NCBI GenBank assembly: GCA_027490925.1
Contig: JAIXXF010000045.1
Span: forward strand, 178,116 to 242,115
Source: Comamonadaceae bacterium
Lineage (GTDB): Bacteria; Pseudomonadota; Gammaproteobacteria; Burkholderiales; Burkholderiaceae_C
Length of the DNA stretch: 64,000 nt
Direction of reading: 5' to 3'
The notes under the pieces are model-generated. The model made no database searches and was not told the origin of the DNA. It saw only the letters and a list, made by a program, of their open reading frames with translations. Position numbers and translations under genes: made by a program. Below, piece by piece: positions 29,638 through 38,410 of this stretch. Numbering within the stretch: position 1 is the first letter of the stretch; every line of letters begins with the position of its first letter.

Positions 29638-30237
29638 ATGAAAATCGTGCTCGCATCCCACAACCGGGGCAAATTGGCCGAATTACAGGCCATTTTCCAG
29701 ACCTTGGGCGTGGCGCTGGTCAGGCAGGCCGAACTGGGCATCGGCGAGGCCGAAGAGCCCTTTCGCACGTTCGTGGAAAACGCGCTGGCCAAAGCCCGCC
29801 ATGCGGCGCGCCACAGCGGCCTGCCCGCGCTGGCCGACGACGCGGGCCTGTGTGTGGACGCTTTCGGTGGCCTCCCAGGGGTGGATACCGCCTACTACGC
29901 GACCCAATTCGGCTACCCCAAGGGCGATGACACCAACGTGCGCGCGTTGCTGGAACAAATGCAAGGCGTGACCCACCGCCGTGCCGCCATGGTCAGCACC
30001 CTGGTGGCGGTGCGTAACCCCGAAGACCCCGAGCCGCTGATCGCGGTCGGCCGGGTCACCGGTGAGATCACCCACGAGCCACGGGGCCACGGCGGTTTTG
30101 GTTTTGACCCGGTGATGTTCGTGCCCGCGCTCGGTTGCACCTTTGCCGAAGTGAGCGACGAGGTGAAAAACGCCCACAGCCACCGCGGCCAGTCCAGCCG
30201 GCAAATGCTCACGTTGATCCGTGAGCGCTGGCTGTGA
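29638..30237 (+). CDS. rdgB: dITP/XTP pyrophosphatase RdgB (HAM1 family)
   Basis: MKIVLASHNRGKLAEL, GGFGFDPV and SHRG. Confidence 0.93.
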   Translation: MKIVLASHNRGKLAELQAIFQTLGVALVRQAELGIGEAEEPFRTFVENALAKARHAARHSGLPALADDAGLCVDAFGGLPGVDTAYYATQFGYPKGDDTNVRALLEQMQGVTHRRAAMVSTLVAVRNPEDPEPLIAVGRVTGEITHEPRGHGGFGFDPVMFVPALGCTFAEVSDEVKNAHSHRGQSSRQMLTLIRERWL

Positions 30238-31475
30238 CCATTCCCATCCTCCCGGCCGACGCCGCACCGGCGGTGGTGCCCGACCTGGCGCACCTGATGC
30301 GCCCGGGCACGCTGCAACTCACCGCGCTGCCGCCGCTGTCGCTCTATGTGCACCTGCCGTGGTGTCTGAAGAAATGCCCTTATTGCGACTTCAACTCCCA
30401 CGAGTGGTCGGCCACGGCGGGGCAGCTGCCCGAGCAAGCCTATCTGGACGCGCTGTGTGCCGACATCGAGTCCGCGCTGCCGCTGGTCTGGGGCCGGCCC
30501 ATCCACAGCGTCTTCATTGGCGGCGGCACGCCCAGCCTGTTTTCGCCTGCGGGCATTGACCGGTTGCTGGCCGATGTGCGGGCCCGCCTCAAGCTCGCGC
30601 CCGACTGCGAGGTCACGCTGGAAGCCAACCCTGGCACCTTCGAGAAAGACCGATTCCGGGCTTTCCGCGCGGCCGGCGTCACCCGCTTGTCGGTCGGTGT
30701 GCAAAGCTTCAATGACCGGCACCTTGCCATCTTGGGCCGGGTGCACGACCGGGCGCAGGCCCTGGCCGCAGTGGCCGAGGCGGCCGACGCGTTCGAGACC
30801 TTCAACCTCGACCTGATGTACGCGCTGCCCGGTCAGACCCTGGCTGAGCTGGGCGATGACCTGCGCACCGCGCTGTCGCTGGCGCCGCCACACCTGTCCA
30901 TCTACCACCTGACCATCGAGCCCAACACCTACTTTGCCAAGTACCCGCCAGCCCTTCCGGAAGACGACCTCGCCTGCGACATGATGGACCTCATCACCGA
31001 CCAGGCCGCAGCGGCAGGGCTGGCGCGCTACGAGGTGTCTGCCTACGCGAAGCCCGACCACCGGTGCTGGCACAACCTGAATTACTGGCAGTTCGGTGAC
31101 TACCTGGGGGTGGGGGCGGGCGCCCACAGCAAATTGAGTTTTGCCCACCGTGTGGTGCGGCAGGTGCGGTTTCGCGACCCCCAGCGCTACATGGACCACG
31201 CGAGAGCGGGCACCGCGGTGGCCCAGCACCACGACGTGGCCCGCACCGAGCTGCCATTCGAGTTCATGCTCAATGCGCTGCGTCTCAAAGACGGGTTTGC
31301 CCTGCAGCAGTTTGCGGAAAGAACAGGTTTACCCATCAGTGCCGTGGCCTCTGGCTTGGCCGAGGGAGAACGCCAGGGTTTACTGGTCCGCGAGCAAGGC
31401 CACGTGCGGCCAAGCGAGCGCGGCTACGACTTTCTCAACGACTTGCAAGCGTTGTTCCTGCACAGCGGCGGGTGA
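30234..31475 (+). CDS. hemW: radical SAM heme chaperone HemW (HemN-like, oxygen-independent coproporphyrinogen oxidase family)
   Basis: Radical SAM motif CLKKCPYCDF and an HemN_C-like C-terminus. The start overlaps the rdgB stop. Confidence 0.9.
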   Translation: MTIPILPADAAPAVVPDLAHLMRPGTLQLTALPPLSLYVHLPWCLKKCPYCDFNSHEWSATAGQLPEQAYLDALCADIESALPLVWGRPIHSVFIGGGTPSLFSPAGIDRLLADVRARLKLAPDCEVTLEANPGTFEKDRFRAFRAAGVTRLSVGVQSFNDRHLAILGRVHDRAQALAAVAEAADAFETFNLDLMYALPGQTLAELGDDLRTALSLAPPHLSIYHLTIEPNTYFAKYPPALPEDDLACDMMDLITDQAAAAGLARYEVSAYAKPDHRCWHNLNYWQFGDYLGVGAGAHSKLSFAHRVVRQVRFRDPQRYMDHARAGTAVAQHHDVARTELPFEFMLNALRLKDGFALQQFAERTGLPISAVASGLAEGERQGLLVREQGHVRPSERGYDFLNDLQALFLHSGG

Positions 31476-31746
31476 CCCGCTCCGCCCACGCAGGGGCTTG
31501 GCCACAGGAGGGCCGTGGCGGTGACGCCATGGGTGTCGCGTTGGGTCGGCCCGTCTTCGGGGTTGATGAGGCTCGTCTAAGCGCTGCGGTGCCGGGCGAT
31601 GGCGTGCCGCTGCTGGACCGCTGTGCAAGCTCTGAAAACCGTTAACCCGTTCAAGCCAAGTAAAGACCCTACCGCCCAATGACGCGGTCACTGGTCGCCG
31701 GTTGATACTCGCGGGTTGTGAGCGGCGTTCCACGCCACTGGCCGCG

Positions 31747-32235
31747 TCACTTGACGCTGAAACCCTCGATCGCCCACCCGGCTGGGCTGAACACGCTAGG
31801 GGGAGGGGGCGTGACTGGGAGCGTTTGGCCCCGCGAGGTGCTGCGACCCTTGCTGAACGCCCAGCCCGTGGGCGTTTGCAAGTAGTCCAATTCCACCCGT
31901 TCGGCGGAGGAGAGCAGCAGGTCGCCCACCGCTTCGGCCTCAGACCGGGTCGCCATCGGCGTTGACGTGCCCGAAAACAAATCGAACGACACCGTCGCCA
32001 CCAGCGGCGGTTGCGCAGGGTCGATGCGCCGAATGTGCCACTTGCTGCCGCTCATGCGCGCTTGCAACTGCACCCACTGGCCGCGGGTGTCTGCCTCCCG
32101 GACCACCACCATGGGAAACGCCGCCCGCGACGCAAACGCCCCCGCGTTCTTGGCGAACTGCTCTGCGGTTTGGGCCTGGGCAACGCCGATCAGACAAGCG
32201 ACGGACAAGACCAAGCGACGAGCGAAGGAGATCAT
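31747..32235 (-). CDS. hypothetical secreted protein (162 aa)
   Basis: Signal peptide MISFARRLVLSVACLIGVAQAQT, with no motif I recognise. The track ORF to 32352 reads through the tRNA-Ser gene and is not credible upstream of 32235. Confidence 0.6.
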   Translation of the reverse strand: MISFARRLVLSVACLIGVAQAQTAEQFAKNAGAFASRAAFPMVVVREADTRGQWVQLQARMSGSKWHIRRIDPAQPPLVATVSFDLFSGTSTPMATRSEAEAVGDLLLSSAERVELDYLQTPTGWAFSKGRSTSRGQTLPVTPPPPSVFSPAGWAIEGFSVK

Positions 32236-32270
32236 GGGGCCAATGCCTCTGGCTGGGGTGAGGGTGGGGA

Positions 32271-32358
32271 TGGCGGAAGCGGTGAGATTCGAACTCACGG
32301 ATGGTTGCCCACCGCCGGTTTTCAAGACCGGTGCAATCGACCACTCTGCCACGCTTCC
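32271..32358 (-). tRNA. tRNA-Ser (anticodon UGA)
   Basis: 88 nt: GGAAGCG acceptor, anticodon loop CTTGAAA, a long variable arm (GGCGGTGGGCAACCATCC), T-loop GTTCGAATC and 3' GCCA. Confidence 0.93.
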
Positions 32359-32430
32359 TACACCGTGAGTTTAACCGCTGCGTGCCTGTGATTTTGGGGC
32401 TGGCGGCTCCGGCGTGGGGTTGTCCACCTG

Positions 32431-33498
32431 TCAGGGCACGAACGAGAGGAACAGAAACGCCGCGAACAAAATCAGGTGAACCGCGCCCAGCATCACATTG
32501 GTGCGACCGGTACCCAGAGTGATGGCACTGACCAGAAAGGCCAACACCATCATCACCATGTCTTTAGGTTCCAGACCCAGCACCAACGGCAGGTCCAACA
32601 GCACCGCAGCCAGTACCACGACTGGGATGGTCAGACCGATGCTGGCCAAGGCCGAGCCCAAGGCCAGGTTCATGCTGGTCTGCAGCCGGTTGGCACGTGC
32701 CGCCCGTACCGCGGCCCAGGTCTCGGGCAGCAACACCAACATGGCGATCGCGATGCCGATCACGGCTTTCGGGGCACCCGCGGCCGTCACGCCTGCCTCG
32801 ATGATGGGTGAGAGCTGTTTGGCCAGGCCGACCACTGTGACCAGCGCCAGCAGAAGCCAGCCAAAGCTGGCCCATGCCCGGGCGGTGGACGGCGGCTCCG
32901 CATGGACTTCTTCGTTGGCGACATTGCTGGGAGGCAAAAAGTAGTCCCGGTGGCGCACCGTTTGCACGAACACGAACGCGGCCCACAGGCACAACGAGGA
33001 AACCGCCACGAAGGCCAGCTGCGACACCGTGTACGTGCCCACCGACGAGCTGGTGGTGAAGACCGGCATGATGAGCGACAGCCCCGCCAGAACCACCAGC
33101 GCAGCCAGTGCGGAGTTGGCGCCGTCGAGTTGAAAGGTCTGCTCCCGGTGGCGCAGCCCGCCCACCAAGGTGCACAGGCCCACCACCCCCGTGGTGATGA
33201 TCATGACCGCCGCGAAGATGGTGTCGCGTGGCAGCGCGGCCTTGTCGGGACCACCAGCGAGCATCACGGAAACGATCAGTGCCACTTCAATCACCGTGAT
33301 GGCCACCGCCAACACCAAGGTGCCAAACGGCTCACCCACCCGGTGGGCCACCACTTCCGCGTGGTGGACCGCGGCGATCACCGCAGCGGTCAGCGCGACC
33401 GCGCAGGCCGCGACCAACGCGTGGCCCAGTGTCGTGAAAAAAGAGGCGCCCAGCAGGGCAAACGCCAGCAGGGGGGCCGACCAAGCCAAGTGCTGCAT
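32431..33498 (-). CDS. ChaA-like calcium/cation:proton antiporter (CaCA superfamily)
   Basis: 355 aa with about 10-11 hydrophobic helices. The alpha-repeat-like GEPFGTLVLAVAITVIEVALI resembles ChaA. Confidence 0.8.
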   Translation of the reverse strand: MQHLAWSAPLLAFALLGASFFTTLGHALVAACAVALTAAVIAAVHHAEVVAHRVGEPFGTLVLAVAITVIEVALIVSVMLAGGPDKAALPRDTIFAAVMIITTGVVGLCTLVGGLRHREQTFQLDGANSALAALVVLAGLSLIMPVFTTSSSVGTYTVSQLAFVAVSSLCLWAAFVFVQTVRHRDYFLPPSNVANEEVHAEPPSTARAWASFGWLLLALVTVVGLAKQLSPIIEAGVTAAGAPKAVIGIAIAMLVLLPETWAAVRAARANRLQTSMNLALGSALASIGLTIPVVVLAAVLLDLPLVLGLEPKDMVMMVLAFLVSAITLGTGRTNVMLGAVHLILFAAFLFLSFVP

Positions 33499-33571
33499 GC
33501 GTGTCTTTCGGTGGTGTGGAGGGCAACAGCGGTCATGCTACCGCGTGGCACTCACCCACCCCGGGCGAAGG

Positions 33572-34228
33572 TCAATCGCGTGGCAGGTTCATCAGTGCGG
33601 CGCCGCGAAAAATCACCCCGATGCCCCGCACCATGGTGCTGCGTGGTGCCTGGTAGCCGGACATCATCCAGCTCTTGGCGGCCTCACTGGCCGCGCCGAT
33701 CGCGCCCATCGCCACCACCGGCCCCGCGTCGGTGTCGACCGGCCAATTGGGGACGGCGGAGCGAACCAGCGTCAAGAGCATCTCAGCAAACTGTTGGAGG
33801 GTTTTGGTGTAGATCGCGTCAACGACCGGGCTCACGCCCAAGACCTCCAGCCACACGATGCGCGCCGCTTCGTGGTCTTCCACCGCGGCAAAGAAGGCGT
33901 CCAAACCGCTGGCAATCCACTCTTCTTTGTCTTTCGGCGGCGGGTCGATCTGCAACGCGCTGAGCACCGAGAGCTCCATGTTCAAGATCAGCTGCTGGTA
34001 CACCGCCACCAACAGGTCTTCGGTGCTGTTGAAAGACTCGTAAAAATAGCGATCGGTCAGTCCGGCTTCTTTGCACAGCGCACGCACCGTGGTCCGCCGG
34101 TAACCGATGGTGCCGAACAGGCGCTTGCCGGCGGCGATGAATTGGTCGCGGCGCTTTTGTGCGCGTTGCTCTTGAGATTCGCCCCGGTACGAACGGGACG
34201 CGGGCGTTGGCTCTGGGGTGGGCGGCAT
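33572..34228 (-). CDS. TetR/AcrR-family transcriptional regulator
   Basis: HTH region FGTIGYRRTTVRALCKEAGLTDRYFYESF. ATG at 34228; the track extension to 34363 crosses the promoter region. Confidence 0.88.
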   Translation of the reverse strand: MPPTPEPTPASRSYRGESQEQRAQKRRDQFIAAGKRLFGTIGYRRTTVRALCKEAGLTDRYFYESFNSTEDLLVAVYQQLILNMELSVLSALQIDPPPKDKEEWIASGLDAFFAAVEDHEAARIVWLEVLGVSPVVDAIYTKTLQQFAEMLLTLVRSAVPNWPVDTDAGPVVAMGAIGAASEAAKSWMMSGYQAPRSTMVRGIGVIFRGAALMNLPRD

Positions 34229-34282
34229 GGTGTGGTTGAAACGATACAGCCGAGAGTTTAGAGGTGTGTCCCGGGTTTTTAC

Positions 34283-34307
34283 TATCTGACTATGGCTGGT
34301 GTCAGAT
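34283..34307. promoter_or_regulatory. candidate TetR operator in the divergent tetR / BVMO promoter region
   Basis: Inverted repeat TATCTGAC-N9-GTCAGATA in an AT-rich stretch between the tetR start (34228) and the BVMO start (34372). Confidence 0.5.
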
Positions 34308-34371
34308 ATAAACTGACGACAAGTATCTTCAAATTTGCCCGGGTTCACGTCTTCGCCCGGCAAACCACACC

Positions 34372-35829
34372 ATGGAACACCACGACATTCTGATCATTGG
34401 CAGCGGTTTTGGGGGCCAGTGCGCCGCCATCAATTTGTTGCAGCGCGGCTTCAGCGACTTCGTGATCGTGGAGCGGCGCGACTTCATGGGGGGCACCTGG
34501 TGCCAAAACAGCTACCCCGGTGCGGCAGTGGACGTGCAGTCGCCGCTGTACTCAATTTCCCACGAGCCGTATGTGTGGTCGCAGATGTTTGCCGACCAGG
34601 CGGAGTTGGAACGCTACACGCACCACGTTATCGACAAATACCGGCTGCGGGAGCGCACCAAAACCGGTTGTGAGGTTCGTCAGGTCGCGTGGGACCCCGA
34701 CCGGCAGCGCTGGACGGTGAACACCGCCAACCACGGCTCGCTCAGCGCGCGTGTGATCGTCAATGCCACCGGACCCTTGAGCACCCCGGTGATTCCGCCG
34801 TTCAAAGGCAAAGACAGTTTCACTGGCGTGACCTTCCACACCAACCATTGGGACCACAGCGTGGACCTGAAGGGCAAGCGGGTCGCGATCGTCGGCAGTG
34901 GCGCCTCGGCGGCGCAGGTGATCCCGGCCATTGCGCCGGTGGTGGGGCATTTGCACGTGTTCCAGCGCACGCCCCACTGGGTGTTGCCACGGCCCGACCG
35001 CCGTTTTTCAGCGGTGGAACGCAAGCTTCTGGCGATCAAGCCGCTGCACAAGCTGTTGCGGACCCTGATTTATTGGCAGTTGGAAACGCGCGTCATCGGG
35101 TTCAAGTACTCCAAAGCGATGTTGAACTTGGTGGCGCAGCGCAGCGCGCTGCGCCACATCCGGCGCCAAATCGCCGACCCGGTGTTGCGCGCCGCAGTCA
35201 CCCCGAACTACACCATTGGGTGCAAGCGCATCATTCTGTCGAACACGCTGTACCCAGCTTTGGCACGCGACAACGTCAGCCTGCACACCGCCCAATCGGG
35301 CATCGAAGAGATCACGCCAGAGGGCATTCGCACCCAAGATGGCCAATCCCTTCCGCTGGACGTGATCGTTTACTCCACTGGTTACGACGCCACCGACGGT
35401 GTGATCTCCTACCCCGTGGTGGGGCGCGACGGCCAGCGCCTGAGCGACGTGTGGCGCGCCTACCCGCGGGCCTATCTGGGCACCTGCGTGCCGGGTTTCC
35501 CCAATTTCTTTGTGGTGACCGGACCCAACACCGGCATTGGCCACACTTCGGCGATCTTCGTCATCGAGGCGCAAATGAACTACATCATGAAGAGCCTCGA
35601 GGCAATGCGCGCGCAGAACAAGCAGAGCATTGAGGTCAAGGCCGAAGCCGAGTCGGCCTACACCGAAATGATCCACCGCGAGATGGCGCACACGGTGTGG
35701 AAGGCCGGTGGTTGCAAGAGCTGGTACCAGTCGCAAAGCGGCCACGTGGTGGCGATGTTCCCGGGCTTCAGCTTCACCTACCGGAAACTGGCCAACCGAT
35801 TCCAGCCCGCCGACCACCGGTTGGCCTGA
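34372..35829 (+). CDS. type I Baeyer-Villiger / flavin-containing monooxygenase
   Basis: FAD site IIGSGFGG, BVMO fingerprint FTGVTFHTNHWD (FxGxxxHxxxWD) and NADPH site VGSGASA. Confidence 0.9.
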   Translation: MEHHDILIIGSGFGGQCAAINLLQRGFSDFVIVERRDFMGGTWCQNSYPGAAVDVQSPLYSISHEPYVWSQMFADQAELERYTHHVIDKYRLRERTKTGCEVRQVAWDPDRQRWTVNTANHGSLSARVIVNATGPLSTPVIPPFKGKDSFTGVTFHTNHWDHSVDLKGKRVAIVGSGASAAQVIPAIAPVVGHLHVFQRTPHWVLPRPDRRFSAVERKLLAIKPLHKLLRTLIYWQLETRVIGFKYSKAMLNLVAQRSALRHIRRQIADPVLRAAVTPNYTIGCKRIILSNTLYPALARDNVSLHTAQSGIEEITPEGIRTQDGQSLPLDVIVYSTGYDATDGVISYPVVGRDGQRLSDVWRAYPRAYLGTCVPGFPNFFVVTGPNTGIGHTSAIFVIEAQMNYIMKSLEAMRAQNKQSIEVKAEAESAYTEMIHREMAHTVWKAGGCKSWYQSQSGHVVAMFPGFSFTYRKLANRFQPADHRLA

Positions 35830-35832
35830 ACC

Positions 35833-36663
35833 ATGCCGCGCCAAACACCCCAGCACGTGGTGGTCACCGGGGGTGGCAGCGGCCTGGGCTTGGGCTGCGC
35901 CCTGCGCTACCTGCGACGGGGTGCCCGGGTGAGCGTGCTGGATCGTCTGGTGGGCGACGCCGCGCAGCAGCAACTCGCCGCCGCTGCGGGCGCAGGCGGC
36001 GCAGGCTGGGCGGTCTTTCTGGTCGACATCACAGACGAGGTCGCCACCCGCGCGGCGGTCAACGGGCTGGTACAGCAGAATGGCGCGCCCGATTTGGTCA
36101 TCCACTGCGCGGGCATTTTGCTCAACCGCGCGGTGGCCGACACCAGCGGCGCTGACTTTCAGCGCGTGGTGGACGTCAACCTGAACGGCAGCTTCCATGT
36201 GGCCTCGGCGGTGCTGCCCCATTTGCGGCCCGGCAGCCGCTTGGCGCTGGTGGCGTCCATGGCGGGCTTGACCAGCAACTACGCCTATGCGGCCTACGGT
36301 GCCTCGAAATTCGGCGTGGTCGGCCTGGCCACCACACTGCGTTTGGAGTACGGGCCGCGCGGTATCGGCATCAGCTGCATTTGCCCACCGGAAGTGAAGA
36401 CCCCGATGGTGGCCGCTGAACGCACACCGGGCCAGTTCAACGAGATCGCCATGGCGTTGAAAGACCACGCAGGGTCCTTGGCGCTGGACCCCGCAGTGGA
36501 CGCCATCGTGGCGGGTTTGGACGCCGGCCGTTGGATGATCATTCCTGGCTGGCGTGCCAAGGCGATCTCGCGCATCGTCCGGTTTCTGCCCGGCCTGTTC
36601 TTTTTCATCATGAACCGCTTGGTCAGGCGCGAGCTGCGCCGTCGCGGTGTGCCCACGCACTGA
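35833..36663 (+). CDS. short-chain dehydrogenase/reductase (SDR)
   Basis: VTGGGSGLG cofactor motif and catalytic YGASK (YxxxK). Confidence 0.9.
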   Translation: MPRQTPQHVVVTGGGSGLGLGCALRYLRRGARVSVLDRLVGDAAQQQLAAAAGAGGAGWAVFLVDITDEVATRAAVNGLVQQNGAPDLVIHCAGILLNRAVADTSGADFQRVVDVNLNGSFHVASAVLPHLRPGSRLALVASMAGLTSNYAYAAYGASKFGVVGLATTLRLEYGPRGIGISCICPPEVKTPMVAAERTPGQFNEIAMALKDHAGSLALDPAVDAIVAGLDAGRWMIIPGWRAKAISRIVRFLPGLFFFIMNRLVRRELRRRGVPTH

Positions 36664-36673
36664 AAGGTATTTC

Positions 36674-37489
36674 ATGGATTTCAGAGGCAAGGTGGTCGTG
36701 GTCACCGGCGCAGGTTCGGGCATGGGGCGTGCCTACGCCAAGGTGTACCGAGCGGCCGGGGCGTCCTTGGCGCTCAATGACCAAGACCCCGCCGCGCTGG
36801 CGGATACGGCCCGCATGCATGGGGGCAGCGACTGTCTGCAGGCGCCGTTCGATGTGTCGGACCGCGCCGCGATGCTCGACTTCGCATCGCAAGTGATGGC
36901 GCGCTTTGGGCGAGTGGACATCGTCATCAACAACGCCGGGGTGGCGGGCGGCGACTTGCCTGTTTGGGCGTTGACCGCTGCACATTTTGAGCGCGCGTTG
37001 CGGATCAACTTTGGTGGCGTGCTGAATGGCACCCAGGCTTTTTTGCCCCACATGCTGGCGGCGGGGCGGGGCCAGATGGTGAACGTCTCCAGCATCTTTG
37101 GCTTGGTGGGGTCGCCCAGCCAGGCCGACTACTGCGCCAGCAAGTTCGCAGTCCGGGGATTGACTGAGGCCCTGATGGCCGAATTGCAGGAAACCGGCGT
37201 CACAGCGCACTTGGTGCACCCCGGTGGCATCGCCACCAACATCGGCAAGGTCGACGGAGTGGAAACCGCCTTCTCCAAGCACTACCTGACCACCGCGCCC
37301 GACGACATCGCACGGCATGTGCAGCGGTGCCTGTGGCGCGGTCGCGCCAAAATCGTCTACGGCAACGACTCGCTCAAGACCTGGGTCGGGTCCAACTTGG
37401 TCCCGCTGGGCTGGTTGGCGAAGCTGGTCTGGCGCGACATCAAACCGGTGCTGAACCTGGCACCCTACAAAGAGGCAACGAAACCATGA
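36674..37489 (+). CDS. short-chain dehydrogenase/reductase (SDR)
   Basis: VTGAGSGMG, NNAG and catalytic YCASK. ATG at 36674 is preceded by AAAGG. Confidence 0.9.
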   Translation: MDFRGKVVVVTGAGSGMGRAYAKVYRAAGASLALNDQDPAALADTARMHGGSDCLQAPFDVSDRAAMLDFASQVMARFGRVDIVINNAGVAGGDLPVWALTAAHFERALRINFGGVLNGTQAFLPHMLAAGRGQMVNVSSIFGLVGSPSQADYCASKFAVRGLTEALMAELQETGVTAHLVHPGGIATNIGKVDGVETAFSKHYLTTAPDDIARHVQRCLWRGRAKIVYGNDSLKTWVGSNLVPLGWLAKLVWRDIKPVLNLAPYKEATKP

Positions 37490-38406
37490 GTCTGTTCAAC
37501 ACACTGGCCCGCGTCTACGCCGCCCTGGGACAAGTGGCCTATGAAGCCACGGTGGGACTCGAATGCGCGCTATACGGCTTGCGCAAACGCCGCGTGGATG
37601 CGGGCGATGTGCAGATGATGACCTACCAAGGTGGCCAGAGCGGCTCGGCAGAGACGGTGGTGATGGTCCACGGCTACAGCGCCGACAAGGTGGTGTGGGT
37701 GCGTTTTGCCAAGCACTTCACCCACCGTTATCGGGTGGTGGTGGTCGACCTGGCGGGCCACGGCGAAACCGGCTACGACCCGCGCCACAACCACAGCGCG
37801 GCCACACAGGGCCAGCGGGTGCTGCGCCTGCTGGACACCCTGGGCGTGCGGCAAGCCCACATCGTTGGCAATTCCATGGGCGGGTTCATCGCGGCACGCC
37901 TGGCGCACGACCACCCCGACCGCTGTCTGTCGGCCACCTTGATCGACGCGGCAGGCATCGAGTCCCCCGAACCCAGCGACATGCAACGCCTGTTGGCCAG
38001 CGGCACGAACCCGTTTTTGGTGGGCAACCAGCGAGAGTTCAGGCGGTTCTACGGCATGACGATGAAGCGCCCGCCCTGGATGCCAGGCATGGCGTTGGCC
38101 GCCATCGGTCAGCGCTACATCGCCCAGCGGGCGCAGTTGGCGCACATCTTCAAAGACTTCTTTGGTGTCGGACCGCTCGACGAGCAGCTGGCCGACATCC
38201 GCGTCCCGACGCTGGTGTTGTGGGGGCGGCACGACCAGCTGTTGCACGTGAGCGCAGCGGCGCGCTGGGCTCAGGGCATCCCCGGCGCACAGCTGGTGGT
38301 CTACGACGACCTGGGCCACATGCCCATGCTGGAGGCGCCCGCCCGGTCGGCCCGCGACGTGTTGGCTTTCATTGGCGCGGCCACGGCCACAACCCGCGGG
38401 CGATGA
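37486..38406 (+). CDS. alpha/beta-fold hydrolase (esterase/lipase-like)
   Basis: HG oxyanion motif (VHGYSAD), nucleophile elbow GNSMGG and C-terminal LGHMPMLE. ATG overlaps the SDR stop (ATGA). Confidence 0.88.
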   Translation: MSLFNTLARVYAALGQVAYEATVGLECALYGLRKRRVDAGDVQMMTYQGGQSGSAETVVMVHGYSADKVVWVRFAKHFTHRYRVVVVDLAGHGETGYDPRHNHSAATQGQRVLRLLDTLGVRQAHIVGNSMGGFIAARLAHDHPDRCLSATLIDAAGIESPEPSDMQRLLASGTNPFLVGNQREFRRFYGMTMKRPPWMPGMALAAIGQRYIAQRAQLAHIFKDFFGVGPLDEQLADIRVPTLVLWGRHDQLLHVSAAARWAQGIPGAQLVVYDDLGHMPMLEAPARSARDVLAFIGAATATTRGR

Positions 38407-38410
38407 CCAG

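Noticed and set aside
31505-31525. Possible att-like partial repeat of the tRNA-Ser 3' end (GTGGCGGTGAC versus TGGCGGAAGCGGTGAG)
   Set aside because: Only about 10 nt match, and only with an assumed deletion, which is well within chance for GC-rich sequence. No integrase or other mobile gene is nearby.
35008-36723. 571-aa minus ORF across the BVMO and SDR genes
   Set aside because: It spans two real + strand genes and their junction, and its translation is a junk-like Arg/Gly/His-rich sequence.
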